DNA of 64,000 bases from Candidatus Poribacteria bacterium. GTDB lineage: Bacteria; Poribacteria; WGA-4E; PCPOR2b. The number at the start of each line of letters is the position of its first letter. Position 1 is the first letter of the stretch. Under the pieces are notes generated by a model. It searched no databases, was not told where the DNA came from, and saw only the letters and a list, made by a program, of their open reading frames with translations. Made by a program: the position numbers and the translations under genes. The stretch covers positions 1,824,001-1,888,000 of the forward strand of contig OZ242351.1 of the NCBI GenBank assembly GCA_965208675.1, in the 5' to 3' direction. Shown piece after piece: positions 1 to 10,600 of the stretch.

Positions 1-250
1 ATCGCTATTTTCAATCGTATGCCTCAAAAACTATCCGTTCAGTCGCTGGGAGTTGAACTTGCTACACATTCTAGCACAATACCGAAATCTAATCAACCAC
101 AAAACTCTCAGTTGCAAACCACCATGCAGTAACAAAGCTATCCTGACAAATCAACCGGCGATCCGTAATTGATTGGCGTCGGTTAAGCCGCGCCAAATCA
201 CCGTAAACACTCATACACAGCCCTTTAAATTTCGGTCTTTGCGCTGAACA

Positions 251-2092
251 TCACCGAACCACAGCGAATTTACCGCTCGATGAAATCTTCCCTCTCCCCG
301 ATAATATTGGCGCTTCAACGTGGTAGACATAAATCCCTGGGGCGATTAGCTCGCCTTCGTTATTTCGCCCATCCCAATGTTCAACCGGCCCCTCTTTGGC
401 GCGGTCAATCAACTTGACGAGGTTTCCGGTACTGTTGTAGATGCGGATTGTTGCGTGCCGCGTCAAGTTGTGAAATTCAATAGAGTTGGCATCCGCACTG
501 GGACGATACGGGTTCGGAACAACAATCACATTTTCCAAGTCTAATGGGGCAGCGGCGGAAACGCCTTCCGGAATTACGATGCTTGCCGAGGAGGAGAAGT
601 TACTTCGTCCATCGAATTCATTTGTCGCATTAATTGCGTAGAAATACCTTAATCCCGGATACACATCGACATCGACAAATCTAGTAGGTTCCGCGGGGAC
701 AGATGCTATCGGTGTCCATGGAGATTCTCCTGTGTGATTACGGTTGATAATATACCCCGCAATCGGCTCGGCAGATTGCTTCCATTCGAGTATGACGCGA
801 TTCCCGCTAAGCGTTGCTGTTAAGCCTTCCGGCGCGCCCGGCATGAGATTTGGAATGACACGAACTTCAGGTGAGTCAAATTCAAACGGCCGTCCATTTA
901 AATCAATAGGGCGAAGTTTATAAATGTGTTCCACCCCAAATTGATTGATTTCTGTATCATCTGACGAAATTCCGCTTACGGTTTTGAGTTGTTGAAAATT
1001 CTGTTCTTCGGCGGTTCGCCTCAAGAGCGCGTATCCGGCTACACTTGGGTTGATTGATGCCTCCCAATTTAACGCAACACCATCAGGGGTGACTTCTGCG
1101 CTTAGCCCCTGCGGCGCAAAACTGATGCGCCGCGCCGCATCAATGTTCTTTTGGAGATCTGCAAGATTTTCGCCTCCAACGAGTGCGAAGGTGACCGTAA
1201 CGAACTTTTTCGCTCGAATGTCGTATGGTCCTGCTGAGATTACCGACATGTAATCCCAAGCTGGAAACCCAAGCTCCTGTATATCCTGTCGGCTCGAGGC
1301 AAAAAAGGTGGGAGGCGCCAACAACACCGATCGGTTGGCATCAACGAAGATGGAGCTGAAAAGCTGACCGCTCGGGTCAAAAAATGGGACGATTTGTTGA
1401 ACGCTGAATTTACCGTCAAGCAGAGCCAAACCCATGTGCGCCGGATTGATTCCGTCTGTATCGTCCCCATCGTAAGTCAATAACGTCTGGCGGCTTTCGT
1501 CCCAATCCACCCAATCCAGGCTCAACTGTCCAGCGCCGAGGTCTGTTCCATCCACATCCCAATTTGTCATCATGGCGACGTAGATACCGCTGAGATTAAC
1601 GTTGCTGTCATTCGTAATAATGAGCTTAATCACTATGAAATCGTCTGCATTAGGAAACGCGTTCGTGCTCCAAGAATAACTCTGCTGATCGACTAAAATA
1701 TCGAGCGGGAAGTCCGGATTGCGTGACGAACTGTATTGAGAGGTCGCGATTTCCCTGCCATCCGCCTCTACGACCTTATTAATTGCGCCGGTTTGGGTGG
1801 TCGCCCATTCACCTAAAAGAAATCGGTCGGTGAACTCCCATACATTTGCAACGTTTCCGTTCAAATCGCCAACCCAGATTTCAGATTGAGCCTGCAAATA
1901 ATAAATATCCTCGGTTTTTGGAAATCTGAAATTCGGGGCAAGGCTCCCATCTCTAACTGCCCCCAATGAACCAAAGTCTGATACGGAAACCTGGACATTC
2001 CCTGATGTATGGGACAGAAACGCATCGGCGTGCGCATGCATCTGAATCGTCAACAACCAGACAAAACTCAACGCTATTTTTCGAATTTTCAT
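251..2092 (-). CDS. Secreted protein with fibronectin type III repeats and FlgD-Ig/T9SS-CTD-like C-terminal domain
   Basis: Signal peptide (MKIRKIALSFVWLLTIQMHAHA); two FN3-like units (APQGLSA..LNW..GY, APEGLTA..LEW..GYIINR..YFYAI); C-terminal VVPNPY..IRIYN..WDGRN..PGIYVY..GKFAVVR. Confidence 0.75.
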   Translation of the reverse strand: MKIRKIALSFVWLLTIQMHAHADAFLSHTSGNVQVSVSDFGSLGAVRDGSLAPNFRFPKTEDIYYLQAQSEIWVGDLNGNVANVWEFTDRFLLGEWATTQTGAINKVVEADGREIATSQYSSSRNPDFPLDILVDQQSYSWSTNAFPNADDFIVIKLIITNDSNVNLSGIYVAMMTNWDVDGTDLGAGQLSLDWVDWDESRQTLLTYDGDDTDGINPAHMGLALLDGKFSVQQIVPFFDPSGQLFSSIFVDANRSVLLAPPTFFASSRQDIQELGFPAWDYMSVISAGPYDIRAKKFVTVTFALVGGENLADLQKNIDAARRISFAPQGLSAEVTPDGVALNWEASINPSVAGYALLRRTAEEQNFQQLKTVSGISSDDTEINQFGVEHIYKLRPIDLNGRPFEFDSPEVRVIPNLMPGAPEGLTATLSGNRVILEWKQSAEPIAGYIINRNHTGESPWTPIASVPAEPTRFVDVDVYPGLRYFYAINATNEFDGRSNFSSSASIVIPEGVSAAAPLDLENVIVVPNPYRPSADANSIEFHNLTRHATIRIYNSTGNLVKLIDRAKEGPVEHWDGRNNEGELIAPGIYVYHVEAPILSGRGKISSSGKFAVVR

Positions 2093-2156
2093 ATCTCTCC
2101 CGGCTTATTCCAAAACAAAGCCGCACCTTCATCGCTCGGCAGCAGAAAACTAGCCT

Positions 2157-2185
2157 ATCATAGCAAAAGCCAAAATGCCTGTCAA
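2157..2185 (-). promoter_or_regulatory. sigma70-type promoter for 251..2092
   Basis: TTGACA-17 nt-TATGAT with extended TG on the minus strand. Confidence 0.6.
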
Positions 2186-2319
2186 GGTAAAGATTGCCAA
2201 CGGGCGGCTCGCAAAACAGGCCGTGCACACCGCCGGTCTGCCTCTTGGTCAGCCCTTCTTTCTTAAGTGCGGGGACCGCAAAATTGGCGATTGCGCAGGG
2301 AGGATGGAAACGCTGCATC

Positions 2320-2348
2320 TTGACATAACTTCTGGTTCGATGTATAAT
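2320..2348 (+). promoter_or_regulatory. Consensus sigma70 promoter upstream of the SDR gene
   Basis: TTGACA (2320-2325), 17 nt spacer, TATAAT (2343-2348). Confidence 0.75.
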
Positions 2349-2508
2349 TCCGATTCGAGGAGGATTCCGCAGATGGCGCAGAATGTGACCGGAATGTGTT
2401 TTCCTCCCGCCCAAATTTTGGAATGTATGTAGATTACTGGCATGGGTGCGCAGGAGGAGTGGGAAAGCCACGGTTCACACCTCTTCTGACGAACTAAGGG
2501 AGTAGCGA

Positions 2509-3333
2509 ATGAAAATAGACGGAATATCGGCGATTGTCACCGGCGGCAGCATGGGAATCGGTCGTGCAATTGCCGTCGAATTAGCCGGCCGCGGCGCACA
2601 GGTAGTTTGTACAGCGCGTAGCGAGGCGCGGCTCCGTGATACGGTTGACGCAATCAAGTCGGAGGGCGGGGTTGCGCTTGCCGTGCCAACTGATGTTACT
2701 GACACGAGTCAGGTGGAGCGGATGGCGGCGCAGACACTGAACGCTTTCGGCAAGATAGATGTGCTCATAAACAACGCCGCAGTTTTCCACGGCATCGGCG
2801 GATTGTGGGAGGTTGAACCTGACGCTTGGTTGGCGGATGTCAAGACGAAGTTGTTTGGCGGGTTTCTCTGCTGCCGCGCCGTGCTTCCCCACATGATGAA
2901 GCAAAACAGGGGAATCATCATGAATATGGCTGGCGGCGGGTACGACCAACCCAACGTAGGGGGGACGGGTTATGCGAGCGCCAGTGCCGGACTCATGCGG
3001 CTGACCGATACCTTGGCGTCAGAACTAGGCGATGCGAACAACATTCAGGTATACGGCCTGTGGCCTGGGTTCGTCCGTTCCGAAATGACTGAAATCTTGG
3101 CGACCGCCAAACAGGGGCAACGCTGGTTGCCGCACGTTAAAAAAGGGCTTTCTCTCGGTCAAGATCACGCGGCTGAAGATGTCGCTCTTGCTGTCGTGAA
3201 AATCATTGAGCACACCTGTTCCGCCTTGTCCGGCCGCATTGTCTCGTATGAAGAAGATTTTGAAAAAATTGTCGAACGTGCGGAGGCGATTCGGGAAAAA
3301 GACCTGTACCAACTGCGACTGCGCTCCGAGTAA
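2509..3333 (+). CDS. Short-chain dehydrogenase/reductase (atypical active site)
   Basis: TGGSMGIG Rossmann motif, DVTD, LINNA; YASAS in place of YxxxK; GGGAG RBS. Confidence 0.9.
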   Translation: MKIDGISAIVTGGSMGIGRAIAVELAGRGAQVVCTARSEARLRDTVDAIKSEGGVALAVPTDVTDTSQVERMAAQTLNAFGKIDVLINNAAVFHGIGGLWEVEPDAWLADVKTKLFGGFLCCRAVLPHMMKQNRGIIMNMAGGGYDQPNVGGTGYASASAGLMRLTDTLASELGDANNIQVYGLWPGFVRSEMTEILATAKQGQRWLPHVKKGLSLGQDHAAEDVALAVVKIIEHTCSALSGRIVSYEEDFEKIVERAEAIREKDLYQLRLRSE

Positions 3334-3479
3334 GGGAACAAGCATTAATTTTCAATTTCTTATCGTATGAATCCAGTCTCAATGCTATCGTATGTTTTCA
3401 ATTATTTTGCTCTCGTTAGTTTAGACGAAACCTTAAAAACTCTTGCTCTTTTTTTTCAATACTAAAATGAGGTGATTCA

Positions 3480-5891
3480 ATGACGCAAAGCCAGACAGAT
3501 GGTTCCCAAAGCGCGATCAATTCCGGGAATCGGTTGTTTCCGCCCCACCTGCTTCACGCCAGGTGGCACGAGTTTCAAGCTGAAGGGTATGCCGAACCCG
3601 TGACCGGCGTAATTTATCGGGGCAATCCCCGTCCGACGTGCGGCATGCCGCTGGGCGGTCTCGATACCGGTTGTATTGATATCGAACCCAACGGTATGCT
3701 GGGTTACAGTACAATTTTTAATCATTTGGTAAATCCCCGCCTGCTGCTAAACCTCCCCTTTTTGGGGTTGCATTGCGACGAAAAATCCTGGGTGCTGGTT
3801 TCGGATACACTGGGTAAGGACTATACACCGAAGGACAGCGAGTACGTAGCGACCTTCCCGCCAATCGACTACACCCCCCGATTCACCGATATTGAACTGG
3901 AGGGAGTGGAAACCGCTGATTCCATCGACTATTGGGGGCATTACCCAATTGTTGACATGGAATTCAACACGAGCGCCGCCGTGGAAGTTGGACTGCGTGC
4001 ATGGTCGCCTTTCATCCCCGGTGATACAGCGATTTCCATGGCGCCCGGCGCAGTATTTGAACTCACGGTGCGGAATCCTGGAAACGCGGGAAAAAATGGC
4101 ACGCTCGCCTTCAGTTTCCCCGGTTTTGAACTATCCGACGAAGAGAACTCCAAAGACTCAGTCCGCCGCGAAGCGCTGAAAGGCGAGTTGAACGGCTTGC
4201 ATGTTAACAGCGGTGCAAAGGACGATGCCTGGGAGATGGCGTATGTTTTGGCAGCAATTGATGATGCAGTTCGCTGCGGCGGACCGCTGAATACAGAAGG
4301 CGCCGCATGGGCAAAAATTGCCGACCAGCTTCCCAATGCCGGAGCGGGTGAAACCGGCGCGTCTCTGGCGTTCGATTTTAATCTCGATGCAGGCGAATCC
4401 AAAACCTACCGCTTCGTCCTTGCGTGGCACGCGCCGCACTGGAGAGCAGGAGGAGCGCCGTCGCATACGAATTCGAACCTGCTCACGCACATGTATGCCA
4501 AACACCACCCGGACGCAAAATCCACAGCAAATCTGTTAGCAAGCGACCCTGACTCGCTGCTAAAAAGAGTTATCTCTTGGCAAGAAGTCATCTACCAAGA
4601 CCCTGCGATTCCAGGCTGGCTTGCAGATTCGTTGATTAACAACCTTTACTTGATTCCCGAATGCAGCATCTGGGGTCAAGCCAAAGCGCCGATTGGCGAC
4701 TGGTGCGATTCCGACGACGGCGTTTTCGGATTAAACGAATGTCCACGAGGCTGTCCGCAAATTGAGTGCCTTCCCTGCAGTTTTTACGGGAATATACCGT
4801 TGGTCTACTTCTTCCCCGAAGCCGCCTTATCGACCTTACGCGGACAGAAGGCATACCAATACGAGGACGGACGGCCGCCCTGGATATTTGGCGGCGTCAC
4901 CGCCATTGAGGAAGGAAACCGGCCGCCGTATGAACTAAGCAAACCCGATGTCGGCTACCAGACCGTACTGAACGGAGCATGCTACATTATTATGGCGGAC
5001 CGGATTTGGCGCGCCTCCGGAGATGATGGTATGCTCGAGGAATTCTGGGATTCCCTTAAGCGTTGCAACGATTTCTCAATGAATTTGCGGCCAGCCTACG
5101 GACTGTCGCAGGTCATTTCAATGCCTACCCCCGGTACCGACTCACACGGCCTGGGGGACACGGAATGGTTTGAAGCGCCCGAACCCGGCTGGAAAGGGTA
5201 TGTGACTCATGCCGGCGCCGTTCGGCTAGCTCAAGTGCAAATCATGTACCGTATGGCGGAGGCAATGAACGATCATGAATATCTCAAGAAGTGCGGCGAT
5301 TGGATTGAAGCTGGGGAAGCGGCGCTAGAAGAGCACCTCTGGGCAGGCGAGTATTATCTGAACTTCAATGAGCCGGAAACCGGTCAGAAGTCCGATTTAA
5401 TCTTCGGCTATCAGCTTGACGGCCAGTGGATTACGGACTGGCACGGGGTACCCGGTGCGTTTCCCAAGGATCGGGTGGATCAAACGCTTGAGACGCTCCG
5501 GAAATATAACTGTGCGCTCAGCCAGTCAGGCGCGCTAAACTACGCGAGTGCAGATGGGCAGCTTGCCAATGTGGGCGGTTATGGGACTTACAGCTATTTC
5601 CCGCCGGAATTATACATGCTTGCCATGACCTACATGTACGGCGGGCAGCAAGATTTTGGTCTGGAACTGCTTCACAAATGTATGAACAACATCATCTGTC
5701 GATGGGGTTATACTTGGGATATGCCGAACACGGTACGCGGCGATGCCGACACCGGGCAAATGGCGTTTGGCGCCGATTACTATCAGAATATGATGCTCTG
5801 GGGTGCGCCGGCGGCGATTGCAGGGTCAGATCTCACGGGACCGTGTCAGTCCGGCGGGCTCGTGGACCGCGTCATCCAAGCTGGCAAGTAA
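3480..5891 (+). CDS. Glycoside hydrolase family 116 protein
   Basis: GMPLGGLDTG N-terminal motif, YWGHYP, RAWSPFIPGD, QLDGQW, C-terminal alpha/alpha barrel pattern; GAGGTG RBS. Confidence 0.8.
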   Translation: MTQSQTDGSQSAINSGNRLFPPHLLHARWHEFQAEGYAEPVTGVIYRGNPRPTCGMPLGGLDTGCIDIEPNGMLGYSTIFNHLVNPRLLLNLPFLGLHCDEKSWVLVSDTLGKDYTPKDSEYVATFPPIDYTPRFTDIELEGVETADSIDYWGHYPIVDMEFNTSAAVEVGLRAWSPFIPGDTAISMAPGAVFELTVRNPGNAGKNGTLAFSFPGFELSDEENSKDSVRREALKGELNGLHVNSGAKDDAWEMAYVLAAIDDAVRCGGPLNTEGAAWAKIADQLPNAGAGETGASLAFDFNLDAGESKTYRFVLAWHAPHWRAGGAPSHTNSNLLTHMYAKHHPDAKSTANLLASDPDSLLKRVISWQEVIYQDPAIPGWLADSLINNLYLIPECSIWGQAKAPIGDWCDSDDGVFGLNECPRGCPQIECLPCSFYGNIPLVYFFPEAALSTLRGQKAYQYEDGRPPWIFGGVTAIEEGNRPPYELSKPDVGYQTVLNGACYIIMADRIWRASGDDGMLEEFWDSLKRCNDFSMNLRPAYGLSQVISMPTPGTDSHGLGDTEWFEAPEPGWKGYVTHAGAVRLAQVQIMYRMAEAMNDHEYLKKCGDWIEAGEAALEEHLWAGEYYLNFNEPETGQKSDLIFGYQLDGQWITDWHGVPGAFPKDRVDQTLETLRKYNCALSQSGALNYASADGQLANVGGYGTYSYFPPELYMLAMTYMYGGQQDFGLELLHKCMNNIICRWGYTWDMPNTVRGDADTGQMAFGADYYQNMMLWGAPAAIAGSDLTGPCQSGGLVDRVIQAGK

Positions 5892-5990
5892 TGTCTGCAA
5901 CGGGCGAGAATTTCTACATCGACACTTGACCGTGAACGATGTTCCATAAGATCAGGCGCCCTAACCCTTCACTGTTACACATGAAAACGA

Positions 5991-6023
5991 AAAACCCTCG
6001 ACGTTACTCATGTCGAGGGTTTT
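5991..6023. terminator. Probable bidirectional intrinsic terminator
   Basis: 12-bp perfect stem AAAACCCTCGAC/GTCGAGGGTTTT, 9-nt loop, between convergent genes. Confidence 0.7.
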
Positions 6024-6090
6024 CATGTTCAAGGCCTGTTACGACATCCGTATTAAACGTTTCCCGTTATTAGATTGTATCGTTATCGCA

Positions 6091-6318
6091 CTAAGTTATG
6101 TTTTTGCGATAGTCTTTCTCGGTCTGGTTCAATTTCCATAATTTCTTTTGATATTTTTCGATCTCCTGCTCAATCTGCTCAATGTGTTCACGGACTCCTA
6201 ATGAATAAAATTCAAAATCCTCTGGCCGGGGATGCTGCCCCCGCAATTCTAAGTATACCTGACGGAATTCCTTTAATCTTTGCTGCGATATTTTAAGTTG
6301 GTGTTCATTTTCAATCAT
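6091..6318 (-). CDS. Small helical hypothetical protein resembling the N-terminal half of XRE-HTH antitoxin-like proteins
   Basis: MIENEHQLKISQQRLKEF...IEQIEQEIEKY resembles the MIxNExQY...L..EI.EY pattern; start moved to ATG 6318. Confidence 0.5.
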   Translation of the reverse strand: MIENEHQLKISQQRLKEFRQVYLELRGQHPRPEDFEFYSLGVREHIEQIEQEIEKYQKKLWKLNQTEKDYRKNIT

Positions 6319-6338
6319 AAAATCCGTTACAAGTCCTC

Positions 6339-6373
6339 GTAGGTTGGGTTTAGCGTACCTGCGTAATTCTACC
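6339..6373 (+). repeat. GTAG-type REP-like palindrome (degenerate)
   Basis: GTAGGTTGGGTTTAGCG...GCGTAATTCTACC, similar to the 7605-7639 copy. Confidence 0.45.
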
Positions 6374-6661
6374 ATCAGAAACTTAGATCGTACCACCGCT
6401 TTGCATCAAAAATATCATAACGATACGCGGTTGTCAATGAATGTTACATAATTTTTGATTTTGGAATAAGACGATTCAACTGCGAGTTCATCATAAACTT
6501 TGTGCATGTGTTTTCGGTATGATTAGGGAGACATGTCATACTAAGCTAGTCCCTTGTATTTCGCTGTTACGGTACAATACCGTGAAGTCGACTGGTGTGA
6601 TTGTGAGTCTAGGCATCGTCTTTCGGTTGAGATTATCTGACATAAAGATTCAGAACACAAA

Positions 6662-7570
6662 ATGAATCAGTCAAGCGTCGAAAAACTAAACACACACAAT
6701 CGAGACGCGGCGCTGTCCTTGATAAACGATGCTTACGCCACTGTGCGCGGATTTCAGCCGTTCACGATAGCTGATATAATCTCGCTCGCGCAGACGGGTT
6801 TATTCGCTCTTGGTTATATGAATGGTAAGCCGGTCAGTTTCGCATGCGGTTCTATGGCAGAGGAAGGTGAGGCAAAAATTCACTGGGTGGGCGTCCCCGA
6901 AGATTACCGGGGCGAATGCCACAGCCTTCCGCCGATGCAGGCATGCATCAATTTCCTAAGAGATAAAGGCGCAAAGCGGATTGGGGTGGAAAACTGGTTG
7001 GATGCCCCTTACCGCCAGATGTTGAGCCATTTTGATCACGAGGGGATTAAAGTTGAACATGTGCATTCTACCCTTCGGCTTGACATGGGGGACTATGCGC
7101 CGCAGCCGCCCCTGATTAAGGCGGGGTATAACCTGCGAACTTTTCGAGACGGCGATGAGCAAACTTGGGCGGAAATCCGAAATGCGGCGTTTGACGATTC
7201 ATCGAAAGCGGACGAGTTTTGGTCACAAACCTTCTTGGGTGTCAACAAGAAAACAGACTTTGACCCGCAGGGGTTTTTCTTCGCTGAAACGGGAGGAGAA
7301 CCTGTCGGCATGAGCGCAGGCATCGTGCTGCATGATCGAAAAAAGATTGGCGGAACGCTCCCCGGCGGGATTGGTTGGACAGGCGTCCATAATAACCACA
7401 GAGGTATCGGGCTCGGTAGGGCTTTGGTAGTTAGTTCCCTAAATTATCTGCACGGCCGCGGCGTCGCTGTAACGGAAGTTGGCACCGAGTTTTATCGAAC
7501 TGCAGCGGTGAATCTATACGAAAGTCTCGGTTTTCGTATTTACATTGCATGGTTTACTATTGTGTGTTAA
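6662..7570 (+). CDS. Tandem GNAT-family N-acetyltransferase (MshD-like architecture)
   Basis: Two GNAT units: WVGVPEDYRG and WTGVHNNHRGIGLGRAL...AVNLYESLGF. Confidence 0.85.
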   Translation: MNQSSVEKLNTHNRDAALSLINDAYATVRGFQPFTIADIISLAQTGLFALGYMNGKPVSFACGSMAEEGEAKIHWVGVPEDYRGECHSLPPMQACINFLRDKGAKRIGVENWLDAPYRQMLSHFDHEGIKVEHVHSTLRLDMGDYAPQPPLIKAGYNLRTFRDGDEQTWAEIRNAAFDDSSKADEFWSQTFLGVNKKTDFDPQGFFFAETGGEPVGMSAGIVLHDRKKIGGTLPGGIGWTGVHNNHRGIGLGRALVVSSLNYLHGRGVAVTEVGTEFYRTAAVNLYESLGFRIYIAWFTIVC

Positions 7571-7604
7571 CAGGTGTAGTCCCTGTACAAGTCGGTCTGT
7601 CGTC

Positions 7605-7639
7605 GTAGGTTGGATTACGCAAAACGCTTTAAGCCAACC
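7605..7639 (+). repeat. GTAG-type REP-like palindrome
   Basis: Starts GTAGGTTGGATTA and ends TAAGCCAACC; lies between convergent genes. Confidence 0.55.
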
Positions 7640-7659
7640 CGCCTAAGCTAAGAGAACAA

Positions 7660-10600
7660 CTACTTCACGATGACCATCCGCTTCACCGAGACATAGTCGC
7701 CGGCCCGAAGTTGATAGAAATACAGTCCGCTCGCAACCCGCTCTCCAGCCTCGGATCTCCCGTCCCAAAACGCCGCACGCTGCCTATCAATGTAATAACC
7801 CGCCCTCTGATGTCCCAATCTCAATTGGCGAACTATTGCGCCGTCGAAGTCATAAATTGAAATTTCTACCGATGCATCGGACGCCAATTGATAAGGGATC
7901 CACGTTTCCGGATTGAACGGATTCGGGTAGTTAGGCAAGAGTTTGGTTTCCACGGCGGCACTTTGGCGTTGTGTCAACCATGCGCGCAGAAGATTCCGCG
8001 CGGTTATTGCCGCTGGCGCTGGATTGGTCAGCGCTTCCAATTCGGCGAGTGCGTGCTGAATCGCAGCAATCCCGCCTTCCGGCAGCAGTTCTGGCTGTCG
8101 AATGTTTGGAAGGTTAGAAAGGACGCCGTGCATCTTGCTCGGCGCAGACGGCGCCGTTGTGTTTTCGCCGAGCCGTTCGCTGATTTGAATTAGGTCATCG
8201 ACATTAACGGTACCATCCCTGTTGACATCGGCAGCGGGGTTTTCGGGAGGCGTCTGCCCGTATTGCATACCGGCAATAACCAAGTCAGCGACATCAATGA
8301 CACCGTCCAAATTGACATCTTCAGGATTGGCCGAATCCTGAGGTACCGTTTGTGTCCGTTCTATGAAGTCGGAGTATGACATCGCGCATCGAAAACCGCC
8401 GAGATGTATGCGAAAATCCGGGGTGCTGACGTGGTTGTCACGATGGGCGCATCGGGTCACGTGTCTTTTATTCATCCAACATGCCCCGCGGAACGCGCGG
8501 TGTATCCCGATCGCTGGCCCCTGTGGGTTATTCCACTCCGTTAGCGAAGAATAATAGGCGTGATTATACCAATCTGAAACCGATTCCCAGACATTGCCGA
8601 CCATATCGAGCGCCCCGTACGGACTTGCGCCGTCGGGGAAACTTCCGACAGGCGTGGTTGTCCGGGGCCCAAGTTCCAAGGAATTCAAGCGTGTGGGGTC
8701 CCATTCATTCCCCCAAGGGAATATCCGGGCGTCCGTGCCCCTTGAGGCTTTTTCCCATTCGGCTTCTGTCGGCAATCGTTTCCCCGCCCATTTTGTGTAT
8801 GCGACTGCATCATTGTAGCTCACTTGGACTACCGGGTGATTCATCTTATCCTTAATCGTGCTTCCGTGCCCAAGCGGCGCCCTCCAGTTTGCGCCCTGGA
8901 TTTGAGGCCAAACGTTGCCGCCCTCCCATACAAATCCCCAGTTTTCCCTTTCAGCGTCGGTGATGTAACCCGTCGCATTCACAAATTTTTCAAACTGTGC
9001 GTTCGTCACCTCATATTTGTCGATGTAAAACGCGTCCAAAAATACCGTATGCTGCGGCTGTTCATGCTTGAAAAGCTCTCGGAGTGCGGGATTACGCCGC
9101 GTAATCTCATCAAGCTGCGAGTCACTGGTACCCATGATAAACTCGCCTTCGGGCACGAGCACCATGGTTGAATCGTCCTTCTGGTGGGTGATTTCAGTCA
9201 GCGGACCTTCGTGAATAACAGTGTCAAGTGCGGGAAGATGCATAGATGCTCCCGTTCCGCTGTAGAACGGAATCTCTGCATTAACCGGACCGTTGTTAAA
9301 GTTTGCGACTATCAAACGATCAGATTCCTCGGTCACCAATTTTACCGCTTTGACGAGACTATCGCTCGTAACTAACCACTGAAGTTTGCTCACCATGCTT
9401 CGTGTCACATCCCTGTCTCCGCTGATAAAGAGATAACTGCCTTCTCGAACAATATCGCCTTGTTCGTATTCCCCCGCCCCGAAATGTGGTTGCGACGTCG
9501 GGACATAGTCGATCCGTTCAGTAATCTGTCCGTTCCAAATGTTTCTCCTTCCCGGTCGAATCCTAAATGCGCCATCGTTGCGCACGTTGATGATGCCTAG
9601 TTTATCATCGATATTGATCCACGCGGAATCAATTGTGATATCCTCGCCGGGGCTGCTCCCAGCCGACAAAAATACTGCGTCACCTGCAGAATATATTTGC
9701 CTCTGGTTATCGTTGAAGATGCCGTTCGGCAAATGGTAAGTCAAACCGGCTTGTGCGGACACTGCAATTGCCTCTCGCGCAACTAGATATTCCATCATTA
9801 ACGCGGTTCCGTCTTCGGGCATCGCCGTAAAACTTATGTAGTGGTCTAAACCGTCTGTGTTGTCCCGCCTCCCCTCTCTTAACTGCCCCGTTGCGACGAA
9901 GCCACCTTCAATGAAGCGCTCATTATGGTGCATGAGCGTAGGGGGCGTGTCCGTATCTTTAATGAATACATTTCCGATGAAATTTCCCTTAGCCCATTCC
10001 ACCATGTTGTCGTCTCCAGGCACGAAGAGAGCCATCGGATAGTGTCCGGACAGATGCTGCCAACTGAATGACACAAACAGGTTTTCTGTGCGTGTGAAGA
10101 GATACTGGCAAAATTCGCTGTGAAAGCTGCCTTCCAGCTTTTTCTGAAAAGTATATACGTTTTCGGCGCCTATTGACGGCGAGAATTGGTGAAGTAGGTA
10201 AGCTAACCCCATATTTGCGTAGCTGTCCGTTTCGTAGATAAGGGGCCATCCTTGACGTTGATTTGCGAACCGCGCCCCGAAAATACTTCCGCCGCTGTTC
10301 TGTTGCTGCTCCCAAGCGAGCGCGCGAAAGCGGAGTTGTTCGATGAGGCGTGCGTCGGAGTCGCCGAGTTCATTTTCCAACATTACTAAGGCAGGAATGA
10401 TAAAGTAAGGCCCGTAGACGTGCCGCCCCCAATCCTTGCCCTGAAAATAGGCAAAACGTCCGGAAAAAAGATGTGTGCGCTTTAGCGTATCCCAAACATC
10501 GGTGAGATGATGAAAAAGAGTTTGAGGCACTGGCTGTCCGTTGCTAACAAACGCGTAGTATGCCCAAGCGAGCGAGTGCAACGGAACTGCAATATAGTCA

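Noticed and set aside
1-25. Possible gene start on the minus strand (GAGG RBS, TTG at 14, MKIA...)
   Set aside because: Only four codons lie inside the window; no product can be supported
1953-2471. 172-aa minus-strand ORF and other short overlapping ORFs
   Set aside because: They span two clear divergent promoters and lack motifs; like most short antisense ORFs in the track, they are likely spurious
8380-9170. Active formylglycine-generating enzyme
   Set aside because: The two-cysteine catalytic motif is absent; kept only as an FGE-fold domain
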